A stretch of 31,213 bases of DNA from Promethearchaeota archaeon (lineage in GTDB: Archaea; Asgardarchaeota; Lokiarchaeia; Sigyniarchaeales; SOKP01), in NCBI GenBank assembly GCA_048941015.1, contig JBHLNZ010000036.1, forward strand, positions 1 to 31,213, given 5' to 3'. Of the stretch, positions 16,598-25,946 are shown piece after piece. The notes under the pieces are model-generated. The model did not search any database and was not told the DNA's origin. It worked only from the letters and a program-made list of their open reading frames with translations. Made by a program: the position numbers and the translations under genes. How positions within the stretch are numbered: the first letter of the stretch is position 1; every line of letters starts with the position of its first letter.

Positions 16598-17962
16598 ATG
16601 GACATTTTAAATAAAAAAAGTAAAAAGAAAACATTTAGTTCACTTTTTCGTCTTTATTTTATGATCTATTTCTGCTTTGGTATATTACCTGTCAATATTG
16701 ATAATCTTTTGATACTTCTTCCGGGAGCAACCAAAATTGGTATAGGAATTGTGATAGCTACGAGTTTACTCGGAGGAATGAGTGGCATGATAATATTCGG
16801 TTATTTTGGAGAAAAATTTATTGAACAAATTTCAAGGAAGAAGCTATTTATTTTTACAAACCTATCTTGGATATTTTCTTATGGAGTGATCGCATTCTCA
16901 CTGAATTATAATTTTTACTTAATTCTTTATATTACAGCTTCTATTGGTACAGGAGCATTTTTACCAATCGGTTTTTCTATTATTAGTGATTTATTTCCAC
17001 CCCATGAAAGAGGAAAGAAATATGGAGCTATGCAATTTAGCTTAGCTCTAGGAAGTGGAATGGGAATAATCTTTGGTGGTTTAATGGGTACCTACTTAAG
17101 TTTTTATGGGTGGAGAATAGCATATGGCATAGGTGCCCTTTTAGGATTCATTGTTTTATTAACATATATTTTCAAAGGAATTGACCCTGAAAGAGGCTCT
17201 GCTGAACCTGAATTTAATAACTTGAAAGGAAATTTTAGTTATACTTACAAATTAACTCTAAAAAATATTGTTGAATTGTTTAAAATAAAATCAGTTATGG
17301 CACTTTTAATTTATATATTATTTTATGGTGTAGCTAGTTCTACTTTGGGAAATTGGGGAATTTTTTACTTAACCTCGAAAATAAATGATCCAAATGCTGG
17401 ATTATATGGAACAACTATATATCTTTTAGCGGGATTGGGAATCCTATTTGGGGCTATAATTGGTGGAAAATTAGGAGATCGCTATTTCTATTCAGGGAAA
17501 ATTAAAGGGAGAATAATTATATCCCTTTTCGGTTTAATAATTGGCGTAATTATGATTTTAGTATTTTATATGCTTCCTTTCTTTACAGAAAATACCCTTC
17601 AAATAATTTTCTCGTGGATATTTTTCATTAGTTTGGGTTTTTTAGGATACTCTTTTTCCTCTTTTTCTACCGGAAACCAATTTGCGCTCTATTCGGAAGT
17701 GTGTATTCCTGAGTTAAGAAGTTCAACAAATGCATTAAATGGTATAATGGTCAATATTGGTGGAATTATTGGTAATTTACTACTTTCTTCATTAATTGAA
17801 CGCGATATTTCTCTCCTTCCATTATCAATATTAACTGTTTTACTAGTTTGGCTATTTGGAGCTTCTTTTTGGATAATTACATATATTTATTATCCAAAAG
17901 AATTAAAGGAATGTAGAGAAATCCTAGAGCTTAGAAGGATTGAAATAGAAAAGGGAAGATAA
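16598..17962 (+). CDS. MFS transporter
   Basis: About 12 TM segments. Motifs ISDLFPPHERGK, GWRIAY, DPERGSAEPE and GGKLGDR. Confidence 0.9.
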   Translation: MDILNKKSKKKTFSSLFRLYFMIYFCFGILPVNIDNLLILLPGATKIGIGIVIATSLLGGMSGMIIFGYFGEKFIEQISRKKLFIFTNLSWIFSYGVIAFSLNYNFYLILYITASIGTGAFLPIGFSIISDLFPPHERGKKYGAMQFSLALGSGMGIIFGGLMGTYLSFYGWRIAYGIGALLGFIVLLTYIFKGIDPERGSAEPEFNNLKGNFSYTYKLTLKNIVELFKIKSVMALLIYILFYGVASSTLGNWGIFYLTSKINDPNAGLYGTTIYLLAGLGILFGAIIGGKLGDRYFYSGKIKGRIIISLFGLIIGVIMILVFYMLPFFTENTLQIIFSWIFFISLGFLGYSFSSFSTGNQFALYSEVCIPELRSSTNALNGIMVNIGGIIGNLLLSSLIERDISLLPLSILTVLLVWLFGASFWIITYIYYPKELKECREILELRRIEIEKGR

Positions 17963-17972
17963 AAAAATAACG

Positions 17973-20603
17973 CTAGGATAAGTTATTAATTAAATCAAAT
18001 AATGATTTTACTTCAATATTATTTAAAATATTTTCTTTTGTAAAATTATTTTCCAGATCTTTTATTCTTATCTTTCTAATGCTTATAACTCGTGATCCAT
18101 TTGGCTCCATAGAAAAGAAGTTATCAGAAGCGATGAAATCAAAGAGATTAGAATCGATGAAAACATAAAAAGCTATTTTTTTAGTTTTAATTATAAGTTT
18201 GACTTCCTCAAAATCTTTAGATATATTTACAAATTCGAAACTTAATCCGGGATTTTCAATATTAAATTTTTTTGGAGCATCAAAAAAGCGAAAACCGTAA
18301 TTTAATTCTTTCTCATTAGATTGTTTATTTTTTAAATTATAAGATATAACAGTATTATGTAAATTCTTCTTTAGTTCTTCTTTATCACTTAGATCTATAG
18401 TTCCAACCAATTTTGAGTAACAAGGTAATATTTTGGAATCAAATGCTCCTTGCATTAATAATTTACTTTCTGAATTCCATATTTTCCATTCCAAAATTAT
18501 CTCACACATTGTTTTTAAATCATTTATTATCCAAAATTCTATTTTTTTTTCACTTTCATTAACACTAGGAAAAAGTGGTTTGTAAAACCTTTTGGCAAAA
18601 TAGTGAAGTGCCTTCCAACGACCATAATAATCAATAGAACTCCAACTTGCAACTGGCCAACAATCATTTAATTGCCAAAATAGAGCCCCCATGCAATGAT
18701 TATTATTACGATTGCGGCGCCAATGCTCTACTCCATATTCAATAGCTTCAGCTTGAGTTATTTGAGAAAGTATTATTTGGTTTTCAAATTTTTTGGGGAT
18801 TGAAAATCTTCGCTTCATATATCTCATTATTTTTTTATTACCTGAAGAATTTTTCTGATGATTTTCCATTATTGGAGAATAAAAATCAAATTGATTGTTG
18901 GGGCAAAAAGTCTCTATCGTTTTCATTGATGGAAAGGATTCAAATCCAAATTCTGACATGAAACGGGAAAAAAATGTTCGATAAGATTGAAAACTTTTAT
19001 AATGATGCCATACAGCCCAATAATGAGAATCTCCTTTATTTTGATCATTTGAATCTAAATTACCTAAATTATCATTTATAAAACCATTAGATGGAGAACT
19101 TGGCCAATAAGAACGAGAGGGATCATATTCTTTCACTAATTTTGGTAAAATTCTCTCAAATATCTTGATATATCCCTCTTTAAACTCATTTATTACTTGA
19201 CTGTCCGAAATTCCACTTTCAAACAAGAGTCCTCGCCATAATTGTTCAATCTCATTATTTCCACACCAAAATGCAAGACTAGGATGTATTCTTAACCTTT
19301 TAATATTTTGAATAAATTCTACTTGAAGCGATTTAATAAACTCTTCATAAGGTGGATAAACGGCACATGCAAATGGAAAATCTTGCCATACCAAAATTCC
19401 TAATTCGTCGCATAAATCGTAAAATATAGTATCTTCATAGATCCCTCCACCCCATACTCTGATCATATTCATGTTTGCTAATTTAGCATTTTCAAGATTG
19501 TTTAAATAAAGCCCCATTCTTTTACCTCTTGGTATAAAGCTGTCTATCGGTATCCAATTTGCTCCTTTAGCAAACAGAGGAATTCCATTTAATTGAAAAT
19601 AAAAGGTCTCCCCCCATTTATCGGGAATTGTAACTAACCTTATCTCTCTAATTCCTATTTTCTGGTAATATTCTTCGATTACATTTTCTTTTAAAATAGA
19701 AATCTTTAATTCATAAAGATTGGGAATACCTAAATCATGCGTCCACCATAGATAAGGATATTCAATATCGAATTCAACTAACTCTAAATTTTGAGAGATC
19801 TTTTTAATTTTTTCTAATTTTCGCCCATCTGGTTCCATAAGCTCAACTTGGATTTCATAACTCTTATTTTGGAGAGCTTTTAAATCAGCATCTATTTCGA
19901 TATTTAATTGAACATTAACAGATTCTACTCCATTTGAAGAAAACTCATTCAAATCTTTAATTTTGAAAGGATCTTTAAAATACTTAAAATTGTAAATAGG
20001 ATACACAGAAAGAATTCTTAAATTATCATACCCTATTAATTCAACAGATTGCCAAATTCCTATGTCAGGAAGTTTTGGTCCCCAATCCCAACCATGTGAA
20101 TATTGAGCTTTACGAATATATGGAACTCCAGGGATATCATCATGTCCTGTAGTTAAATTAATGCCATATTTCTCGATTTTATTTTTTGCCATTTTGGTTG
20201 GGCTTTGAATAACAACTTCAAGCTTATTTTTATTCTCTTTTAATAGGTCTTTTACATTGAATTGATAAGTTACAAACATATTAGAAGTTGAACCAATTAA
20301 TTCATTGTTTAAATAAATATCAGCAAAAGTATCAACTCCATCAAATTGCAATAGCAATTTATTATGACTTAAGAATTCAGGACTAAGATCAAATTCTAAT
20401 ACATATTTCCATTCTGATTCATAAACCCATGATACCTTATGTTCATTTAATCCATAAAAGGGATCTTCTATTATCCTATTCTCAATTAAGACCTCAAAAA
20501 CAGAGCCTGGAACTTGACTCTTTACTTTGATATTTTTTTCCTTCTGAAATAATTCCCATTCGCCATTTAATGATATTCTTTCAACTTTTTTAATAAATAT
20601 CAA
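17973..20603 (-). CDS. GH2 beta-mannosidase
   Basis: TTG start. Motifs FDGVDT.A, RKAQYSHGWDWGP, WWTHDLG.P.LY, FAKGANWIP.D, NMIRVWGGGIYE, WQDFPFAC, WCGNNE (acid/base), RFMSEFGF (nucleophile) and WQLNDCWP..SWSSIDY. Confidence 0.93.
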   Translation of the reverse strand: MIFIKKVERISLNGEWELFQKEKNIKVKSQVPGSVFEVLIENRIIEDPFYGLNEHKVSWVYESEWKYVLEFDLSPEFLSHNKLLLQFDGVDTFADIYLNNELIGSTSNMFVTYQFNVKDLLKENKNKLEVVIQSPTKMAKNKIEKYGINLTTGHDDIPGVPYIRKAQYSHGWDWGPKLPDIGIWQSVELIGYDNLRILSVYPIYNFKYFKDPFKIKDLNEFSSNGVESVNVQLNIEIDADLKALQNKSYEIQVELMEPDGRKLEKIKKISQNLELVEFDIEYPYLWWTHDLGIPNLYELKISILKENVIEEYYQKIGIREIRLVTIPDKWGETFYFQLNGIPLFAKGANWIPIDSFIPRGKRMGLYLNNLENAKLANMNMIRVWGGGIYEDTIFYDLCDELGILVWQDFPFACAVYPPYEEFIKSLQVEFIQNIKRLRIHPSLAFWCGNNEIEQLWRGLLFESGISDSQVINEFKEGYIKIFERILPKLVKEYDPSRSYWPSSPSNGFINDNLGNLDSNDQNKGDSHYWAVWHHYKSFQSYRTFFSRFMSEFGFESFPSMKTIETFCPNNQFDFYSPIMENHQKNSSGNKKIMRYMKRRFSIPKKFENQIILSQITQAEAIEYGVEHWRRNRNNNHCMGALFWQLNDCWPVASWSSIDYYGRWKALHYFAKRFYKPLFPSVNESEKKIEFWIINDLKTMCEIILEWKIWNSESKLLMQGAFDSKILPCYSKLVGTIDLSDKEELKKNLHNTVISYNLKNKQSNEKELNYGFRFFDAPKKFNIENPGLSFEFVNISKDFEEVKLIIKTKKIAFYVFIDSNLFDFIASDNFFSMEPNGSRVISIRKIRIKDLENNFTKENILNNIEVKSLFDLINNLS

Positions 20604-20608
20604 CTCTT

Positions 20609-21409
20609 TTATATTAAATATTTGAAAAAGTTATCTTGAACCATCCAGCTTCCTAAAAATCTATCTCTCTTTCTTTTATTCCAAATATTATCTATATTAT
20701 TTATACCATCATAGAGTTTGGTTAGGAGATCTTTTTTAACAGGAAATTGTTCATGAGAAGGATAAATCTCCTCAATCTTTTCATTATCATAAATATCAAT
20801 TAATTTTTGGATACTTCTTAGAAATGAAGGAAATTTTCTACGTTTGGGTAAATACATTGAACCATAATGGGCAGTGTCTCCTGTGAAAAGCTCTTTTGTA
20901 TTCGAAACCAGACTAATTGAGCCCTCAGAATGTCCTGGAGTATAATAAACTTTCAAAGTAATATCACCCAGATCAATTAGGTCTCCATCATTGAGTGATT
21001 TAACTGACTTAGCTGCTTCAAGTTTGAAATTTTTTACCTTATAATACTTCATATAATCACTGTTTGAATCTTTCATGAATGATAGATCAAAAGGGATGGT
21101 AATGTTTTTACTCTCGTTTCGATGAATCATAATCTCTTTAAATTCATAATTAGCTCCTATATGATCGAAGTGAGAATGAGTATTTACAATTAAAAGAGGT
21201 TTTTCCTTTATTATTTCATCTATTATAGGTTTTAAGGGAAATAATCCACATCCGGTATCAATTAAAAGGGCTTTTTTATTTCCTAATATTAGAAATAAGT
21301 TTACATATTTTGTATGAAATCGAGGTTCAATTTTATCTAACCTCTCTCTGATGATATATAAATAATCTTTCTGCCTTATTACTTCATACCAATTTTTACT
21401 ATTTTGCAT
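20609..21409 (-). CDS. Metallo-beta-lactamase-fold hydrolase
   Basis: Motifs LLIDTG, NTHSHFDHIG (HxHxDH), TPGHSEGS, LFTGD and YPSH. Lies 5 bp upstream of the GH2 gene. Confidence 0.92.
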   Translation of the reverse strand: MQNSKNWYEVIRQKDYLYIIRERLDKIEPRFHTKYVNLFLILGNKKALLIDTGCGLFPLKPIIDEIIKEKPLLIVNTHSHFDHIGANYEFKEIMIHRNESKNITIPFDLSFMKDSNSDYMKYYKVKNFKLEAAKSVKSLNDGDLIDLGDITLKVYYTPGHSEGSISLVSNTKELFTGDTAHYGSMYLPKRRKFPSFLRSIQKLIDIYDNEKIEEIYPSHEQFPVKKDLLTKLYDGINNIDNIWNKRKRDRFLGSWMVQDNFFKYLI

Positions 21410-21524
21410 AATTCTAGCATTATTTCCTCTATACTCAAAATAAGACTTTAATAAATATACTGAATTCTTTAAAAGGATAAAAAATTTGGGAATATAATCA
21501 AAATAAACATACCCTATTCAAAAA

Positions 21525-22937
21525 ATGTCAGAAATAAATTATCTTCCTTATGAACCAAGAATGGAACCTACAGCACCAGGTACTCTTAATATTAAAAGGA
21601 CTGTCTTGATCTCTTTATCCTTTTTTACAGTACTTTTAGCATGGGGTTTCTTTAACTTCAAGGTACCACTTTTGCTTGATGAAGTATTAGGAACATTCTT
21701 TTTAAAAGATATAGTTAAAGGGGCAATAATGGCTATTGATAACTTAGTTGCTGTGTTTGTGCAACCTTTTTTTGGGGATCTTAGTGATCGAACAAAAAGT
21801 AAAATAGGACGCAGAATGCCATATATTATTATCGGTACTACATCTTCCGCAATCTTCTTTATTTTTATTCCTTGGGTACGTATCCTAGCTGGTTTAGTCC
21901 TCATTATATTTTTATTTGATCTTGCTATGTCAATATATCGTTCAGCATCTATTGCTATTTTACCAGATTACACAAGAGAAGAAGTATATTCCAAAGGAAG
22001 TGCGATACAACAATTTATTGCTAATATGGGGGGATTATTTGCATTTGTAATCCCCATCATCCTTGGGATAGTACAAACTAGTTTATCAGCTGAATGGTTT
22101 GATGCTTTAGGATTCTTAATAGTTGCAATTTTAATGTTATTATTAGTCATCTTTCAATTTTTAAAAGTCAAAGAGACTCCAACAGGAGATAGTTTACTTA
22201 AAACTACAACGAAAAAATTAGAAATTGACCCTAATACATTTAAAGTTCATGAATCTGAAGAATTGGATGCTGATACCAAAAGAGGATCATACAGTAATGC
22301 AATCAGAATTGTTAAGACACATAAGGATTTTCTTTTCTTCCTATTAACGGTTTTTTTCATGTATTTAGCTTTTGCATCTGTAGAAGCATTTTTCTCTAGC
22401 TTTAGTGTAGATTATTTTGATATCTCAGAAGGTCAAGCAGGTATTTTATTTTTAGCATATTCTGGCCCAATGATTTTGTCGGCTTATTTTGTTGGCATGT
22501 TAGGACAAAGTAAAAAAGTAGGAAGGAAAAAAGCTGTAAAAATCTTCCTTACCTGGTTAATTCTTTCAGTAGCTATTATGGCCTTTATTCTCGTTCCATT
22601 AACTTACCATGACCATAATGCACTATTAACAATATTGATATTATCATTGATAGCTATTCCATGGATGGGTTTCATTGTAAATAGCTTTCCTATTCTCTGG
22701 GCACTAGCACCTAAAGGTAAGACTGGTATTTACACGGGAATTTATTATACATTCAATCAATCAGCATATACTTTAGCACCAATTATTTTTGGAGGATTAT
22801 TATCTATATTTAGGTTTTTAGGTGATTATAGGTATATTACAATGTTCCCTTTTATCCTTGTATTAATAATAATTGCATATCTATTATTCTTCAAAGTTAA
22901 AGGCGGCGAAACAAACACAACAATAAAAAACAATTAA
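21525..22937 (+). CDS. MFS transporter (glycoside/sugar, GPH/SLC45-like)
   Basis: About 12 TM segments. AIDN.....VQPFFGDLSDRTKSKIGRRMPYI motif and GIYTGIYY. Confidence 0.9.
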   Translation: MSEINYLPYEPRMEPTAPGTLNIKRTVLISLSFFTVLLAWGFFNFKVPLLLDEVLGTFFLKDIVKGAIMAIDNLVAVFVQPFFGDLSDRTKSKIGRRMPYIIIGTTSSAIFFIFIPWVRILAGLVLIIFLFDLAMSIYRSASIAILPDYTREEVYSKGSAIQQFIANMGGLFAFVIPIILGIVQTSLSAEWFDALGFLIVAILMLLLVIFQFLKVKETPTGDSLLKTTTKKLEIDPNTFKVHESEELDADTKRGSYSNAIRIVKTHKDFLFFLLTVFFMYLAFASVEAFFSSFSVDYFDISEGQAGILFLAYSGPMILSAYFVGMLGQSKKVGRKKAVKIFLTWLILSVAIMAFILVPLTYHDHNALLTILILSLIAIPWMGFIVNSFPILWALAPKGKTGIYTGIYYTFNQSAYTLAPIIFGGLLSIFRFLGDYRYITMFPFILVLIIIAYLLFFKVKGGETNTTIKNN

Positions 22938-23019
22938 ATTCTTATTTCTTTTAAATTTTTTCATAAGAATAAGAAATTCTATCATTATTTTTTTAAAATT
23001 GAAAAAAAAATAAGGTACT

Positions 23020-24102
23020 TTAGGAAATTACATTCTCTTCAAGCATTTTTTTGTTCACTTCAACTCCCAATCCTGGTTTGGTTAAAGCTTTAACAATTCC
23101 TTTCTCGCACTTAATAGGTTCTTCTAGGACTTGAAATTCTTCTGGATAAAAGGGAAATTCTAACCAATCACATCGGCTAGATAGTGTAAATTGCAGATTA
23201 GCTGCTAATTGAAGACCGTATCCAAAAGTATGGGGAATTAACCTTACTCCTCTTACCTCGGCCATAGCATCCATTTTCTTTAATTGCAGAAAACCACCAC
23301 TACGGTTAACATCAGGTTGAATTATATCATAACATCCCCTACTTAATACATCTTCAAATCTAAAAATACCAAAATCATTTTCTCCACCTGCAATTTCAAT
23401 AGGAGATTTCTTCCTTAGTAATGCTAAACCATTCAAATTATCAGATGGCATTGGTTCTTCCAACCAGGTTAAGTCATTTTTATAACACACATTAGCAATT
23501 TTAAGAGCATCACTTACTGTTAAATATGCTGAATTCGCATCAACCATTATCTCTAAGTCTGGAAAAGCATCCCTCACTTCTTTTATAATCGTTTCAGGTT
23601 TTCCTCCTCTACCTCCTATTCTTAATTTAACACCAGTAAAACCACCTAAATCTATAGCAGATTGAACTGCTCCTACTGCAGCTTTTGGTTTATAACCTCT
23701 TGGCATAGAAGCGTATGCTCTAACCTTTTCTTTCATTCCACCTAATAAACGATAAATAGGTTGTTTTGTGGCTTTACCTATTATATCCCATAAAGCGACT
23801 TCAATAGCACTAGTCACCTGAGGAATTCCAAACATTATCCTATTGGTATTATGATAGAGCATATGATAAATTTTTTCAACCATAAAGGGATCCTCTTTAA
23901 TTAATAAACCGCCAATAAAGTCATCTATTAATCTTTGTGCTCCAGCATTGCTCAAGTTCCAATGTGCTAGACCCCATCCTTCAATTCCTTCATCAGTTTT
24001 GATATTTATAAATAAACCACTTGCTTTAAATGCAGGCATCGCCCCTATTTTAAAGGTAAAATCCAAAACCATTAAATACGTTTTAACTTCTGTTATTATC
24101 AT
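23020..24102 (-). CDS. Mandelate racemase/muconate-lactonizing (enolase superfamily) enzyme, probable acid-sugar dehydratase
   Basis: Motifs TDEGIEGWG, SAIEVALWDIIGK....PIYRLLGG and YAS. K-L-R on strand 2, metal ligands MVDAN/WLEEP/AGGEN, QPD, IPH and PGLGVE. Confidence 0.9.
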   Translation of the reverse strand: MIITEVKTYLMVLDFTFKIGAMPAFKASGLFINIKTDEGIEGWGLAHWNLSNAGAQRLIDDFIGGLLIKEDPFMVEKIYHMLYHNTNRIMFGIPQVTSAIEVALWDIIGKATKQPIYRLLGGMKEKVRAYASMPRGYKPKAAVGAVQSAIDLGGFTGVKLRIGGRGGKPETIIKEVRDAFPDLEIMVDANSAYLTVSDALKIANVCYKNDLTWLEEPMPSDNLNGLALLRKKSPIEIAGGENDFGIFRFEDVLSRGCYDIIQPDVNRSGGFLQLKKMDAMAEVRGVRLIPHTFGYGLQLAANLQFTLSSRCDWLEFPFYPEEFQVLEEPIKCEKGIVKALTKPGLGVEVNKKMLEENVIS

Positions 24103-24215
24103 ATTTATACAACACTAAATTTTTACTTAAATAGTTAATATATAATAATTAAACTTTTAGAATAAGAATTATTTAATTCTATAAATATTGAAATAATTAA
24201 TACTTTGGGTCGCAA

Positions 24216-25247
24216 TTGGTAAAATCACCTGGTTCTTCAAAGTCTCATAATTATGCTTTTGAAGAGTTAGCAGTAGTTTATGTTCTGTATTTTGATGAAG
24301 CTAGAGGGCATATTCCCCTATTAATTTATCCAGATGATCGATATAAGGATGATAAAAAGTTTATGAGGCCAATCCGATATCATCCAATCTGGTTCCTAGG
24401 AATTGACGAACAAGAGGTACTAGATCACATAGATCTTGAATTTAAGGGTTATACTTTTTTTGGTAAAAAATTTTTAACGAAATCAAAAAGAAAGAAGAGA
24501 AGAGCAGGCTTAGAAGAAGAATCTCCAGAAACTATTGTTATAATTGTATCATTACCCAACAAGATAGAAATTTTTGGTGATGATCTGATTAAAACTATGA
24601 CAGAAGAAATTAAATCTAAATTTGGGGAGAAATTGTTTGAGATTATTGAGGCAGAGATTCTAAAAGACCAAATGATTAAGTCACCTGAAATAAAGGAATT
24701 AATAAAGAAGGGTAATAAAATTAAAGGAGAATTAAATGAACTAATCAAAAAAGCAAATGATGATTACTTTTCAAATATTATCAAGCAATCTGATACTACT
24801 TCTATCAAAATGCAAAAAGCAATTTCATTTCTTTCATTAAAGGGAATTGATGTTACTCACATAGCTAGTAAAGATTATAAAGATTCGTTTTCAACAATAA
24901 AACTCTTTGATCCAAGTGATAAAAAGGCTCTTGAATTTAATAAAAAAAAACCTTTTTCAATTATTAAAATAAATAAGATGGAAGATAGTCAAGAATTAGA
25001 GATTATAGTTAAAAACAATACAGATGAAGAAATATATGAGCTTACCGTTAAAATTTCTCATGTTAAAGAATATTTCGAAAAGGAAGTTTTATTTGAATTC
25101 ATTGAAGTCTGGTATCCAAAAGAAGAGCTGGTATTTCTTTCACCAATAATACCCCAAATCAATGAATATTTAATTTTTATTTTAGATGAAAATAAAAAAG
25201 AAAAAATCTTATCAAAAAGAATTGATTTAAAATTACTCCATCAATAA
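24216..25247 (+). CDS. Hypothetical protein with N-terminal uDENN/longin-like domain and C-terminal beta-sandwich
   Basis: TTG start. VYVLYFDEARGHIPLLIYP resembles the uDENN first-strand motif (F-D-x3-G-x-x-L-x-x-Y-P). C-terminus (LEIIVKNNT....ELTVKI) is Ig-like. Confidence 0.55.
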   Translation: MVKSPGSSKSHNYAFEELAVVYVLYFDEARGHIPLLIYPDDRYKDDKKFMRPIRYHPIWFLGIDEQEVLDHIDLEFKGYTFFGKKFLTKSKRKKRRAGLEEESPETIVIIVSLPNKIEIFGDDLIKTMTEEIKSKFGEKLFEIIEAEILKDQMIKSPEIKELIKKGNKIKGELNELIKKANDDYFSNIIKQSDTTSIKMQKAISFLSLKGIDVTHIASKDYKDSFSTIKLFDPSDKKALEFNKKKPFSIIKINKMEDSQELEIIVKNNTDEEIYELTVKISHVKEYFEKEVLFEFIEVWYPKEELVFLSPIIPQINEYLIFILDENKKEKILSKRIDLKLLHQ

Positions 25248-25263
25248 TAGTATTAATAAGAAG

Positions 25264-25782
25264 GTGTATAATTTGTCTCAAGATATTTTAAATGAAGAAG
25301 AGATTATTATAAGAAATTATAGAACATCTGATTATGAAGCAACTCTTGAAATGTTAAAAGCACTCTCAGATCAATTTAATATTGGGTTAAGTGAAGAAAA
25401 ATGGAGAGAAACTTCTGGGTTAAGGCAATTTAAACCAAATTTGAAAAGAATAACACTTATAGCAGAATTAAAATCGACTAGTGAAGTAGTCTCTATGGGT
25501 ATGTTAGAAGCCGTTAAAAATAATTTAGGGCAATATATTGGATATTTAAATAATTGGGCCACTAAACGAGAATATATTGGGAGGGGTGTTGGAAAAATAT
25601 TAGCAAGAAAAGCAGAGCAGATATTAAAATCGTGGGGTTGTGAATCTGTAAGAATTAACCTAGCCTATAAAGGAGAAAAAAAATTAATAGACGTTTTTGG
25701 AAAATCTGGTTTTGAGCCTATTCTAATTGTATTAGAGAAAAAATTTGAAGCTGAAGAATTAAATCAAACACCACTAACCTAA
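25264..25782 (+). CDS. GNAT family N-acetyltransferase
   Basis: IIIRNY...D start, acetyl-CoA motif A EYIGRGVGKIL, and GCESVRIN...F.KSGF. Start may be TTG 25273 after AGGTG. Confidence 0.85.
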   Translation: MYNLSQDILNEEEIIIRNYRTSDYEATLEMLKALSDQFNIGLSEEKWRETSGLRQFKPNLKRITLIAELKSTSEVVSMGMLEAVKNNLGQYIGYLNNWATKREYIGRGVGKILARKAEQILKSWGCESVRINLAYKGEKKLIDVFGKSGFEPILIVLEKKFEAEELNQTPLT

Positions 25783-25946
25783 AAGAGCTCCAAATTTTTC
25801 TCTAAGCATTGTATTTTTTTCATAATCTTTTATAGAATTGTCTTGAATTAAAAAAAAAAATATATTTATTCTAAAAAATTGAACATCATATAATCAATCA
25901 CTTTTTGGAAAAATTAAAAAAATAAGAATGAGGTAAAAATAAAAAA

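Noticed and set aside
2917-25946. TATA/BRE-like motifs and A/T palindromes in intergenic regions
   Set aside because: The intergenic DNA is so AT-rich that such matches are expected by chance, so individual promoters cannot be supported.
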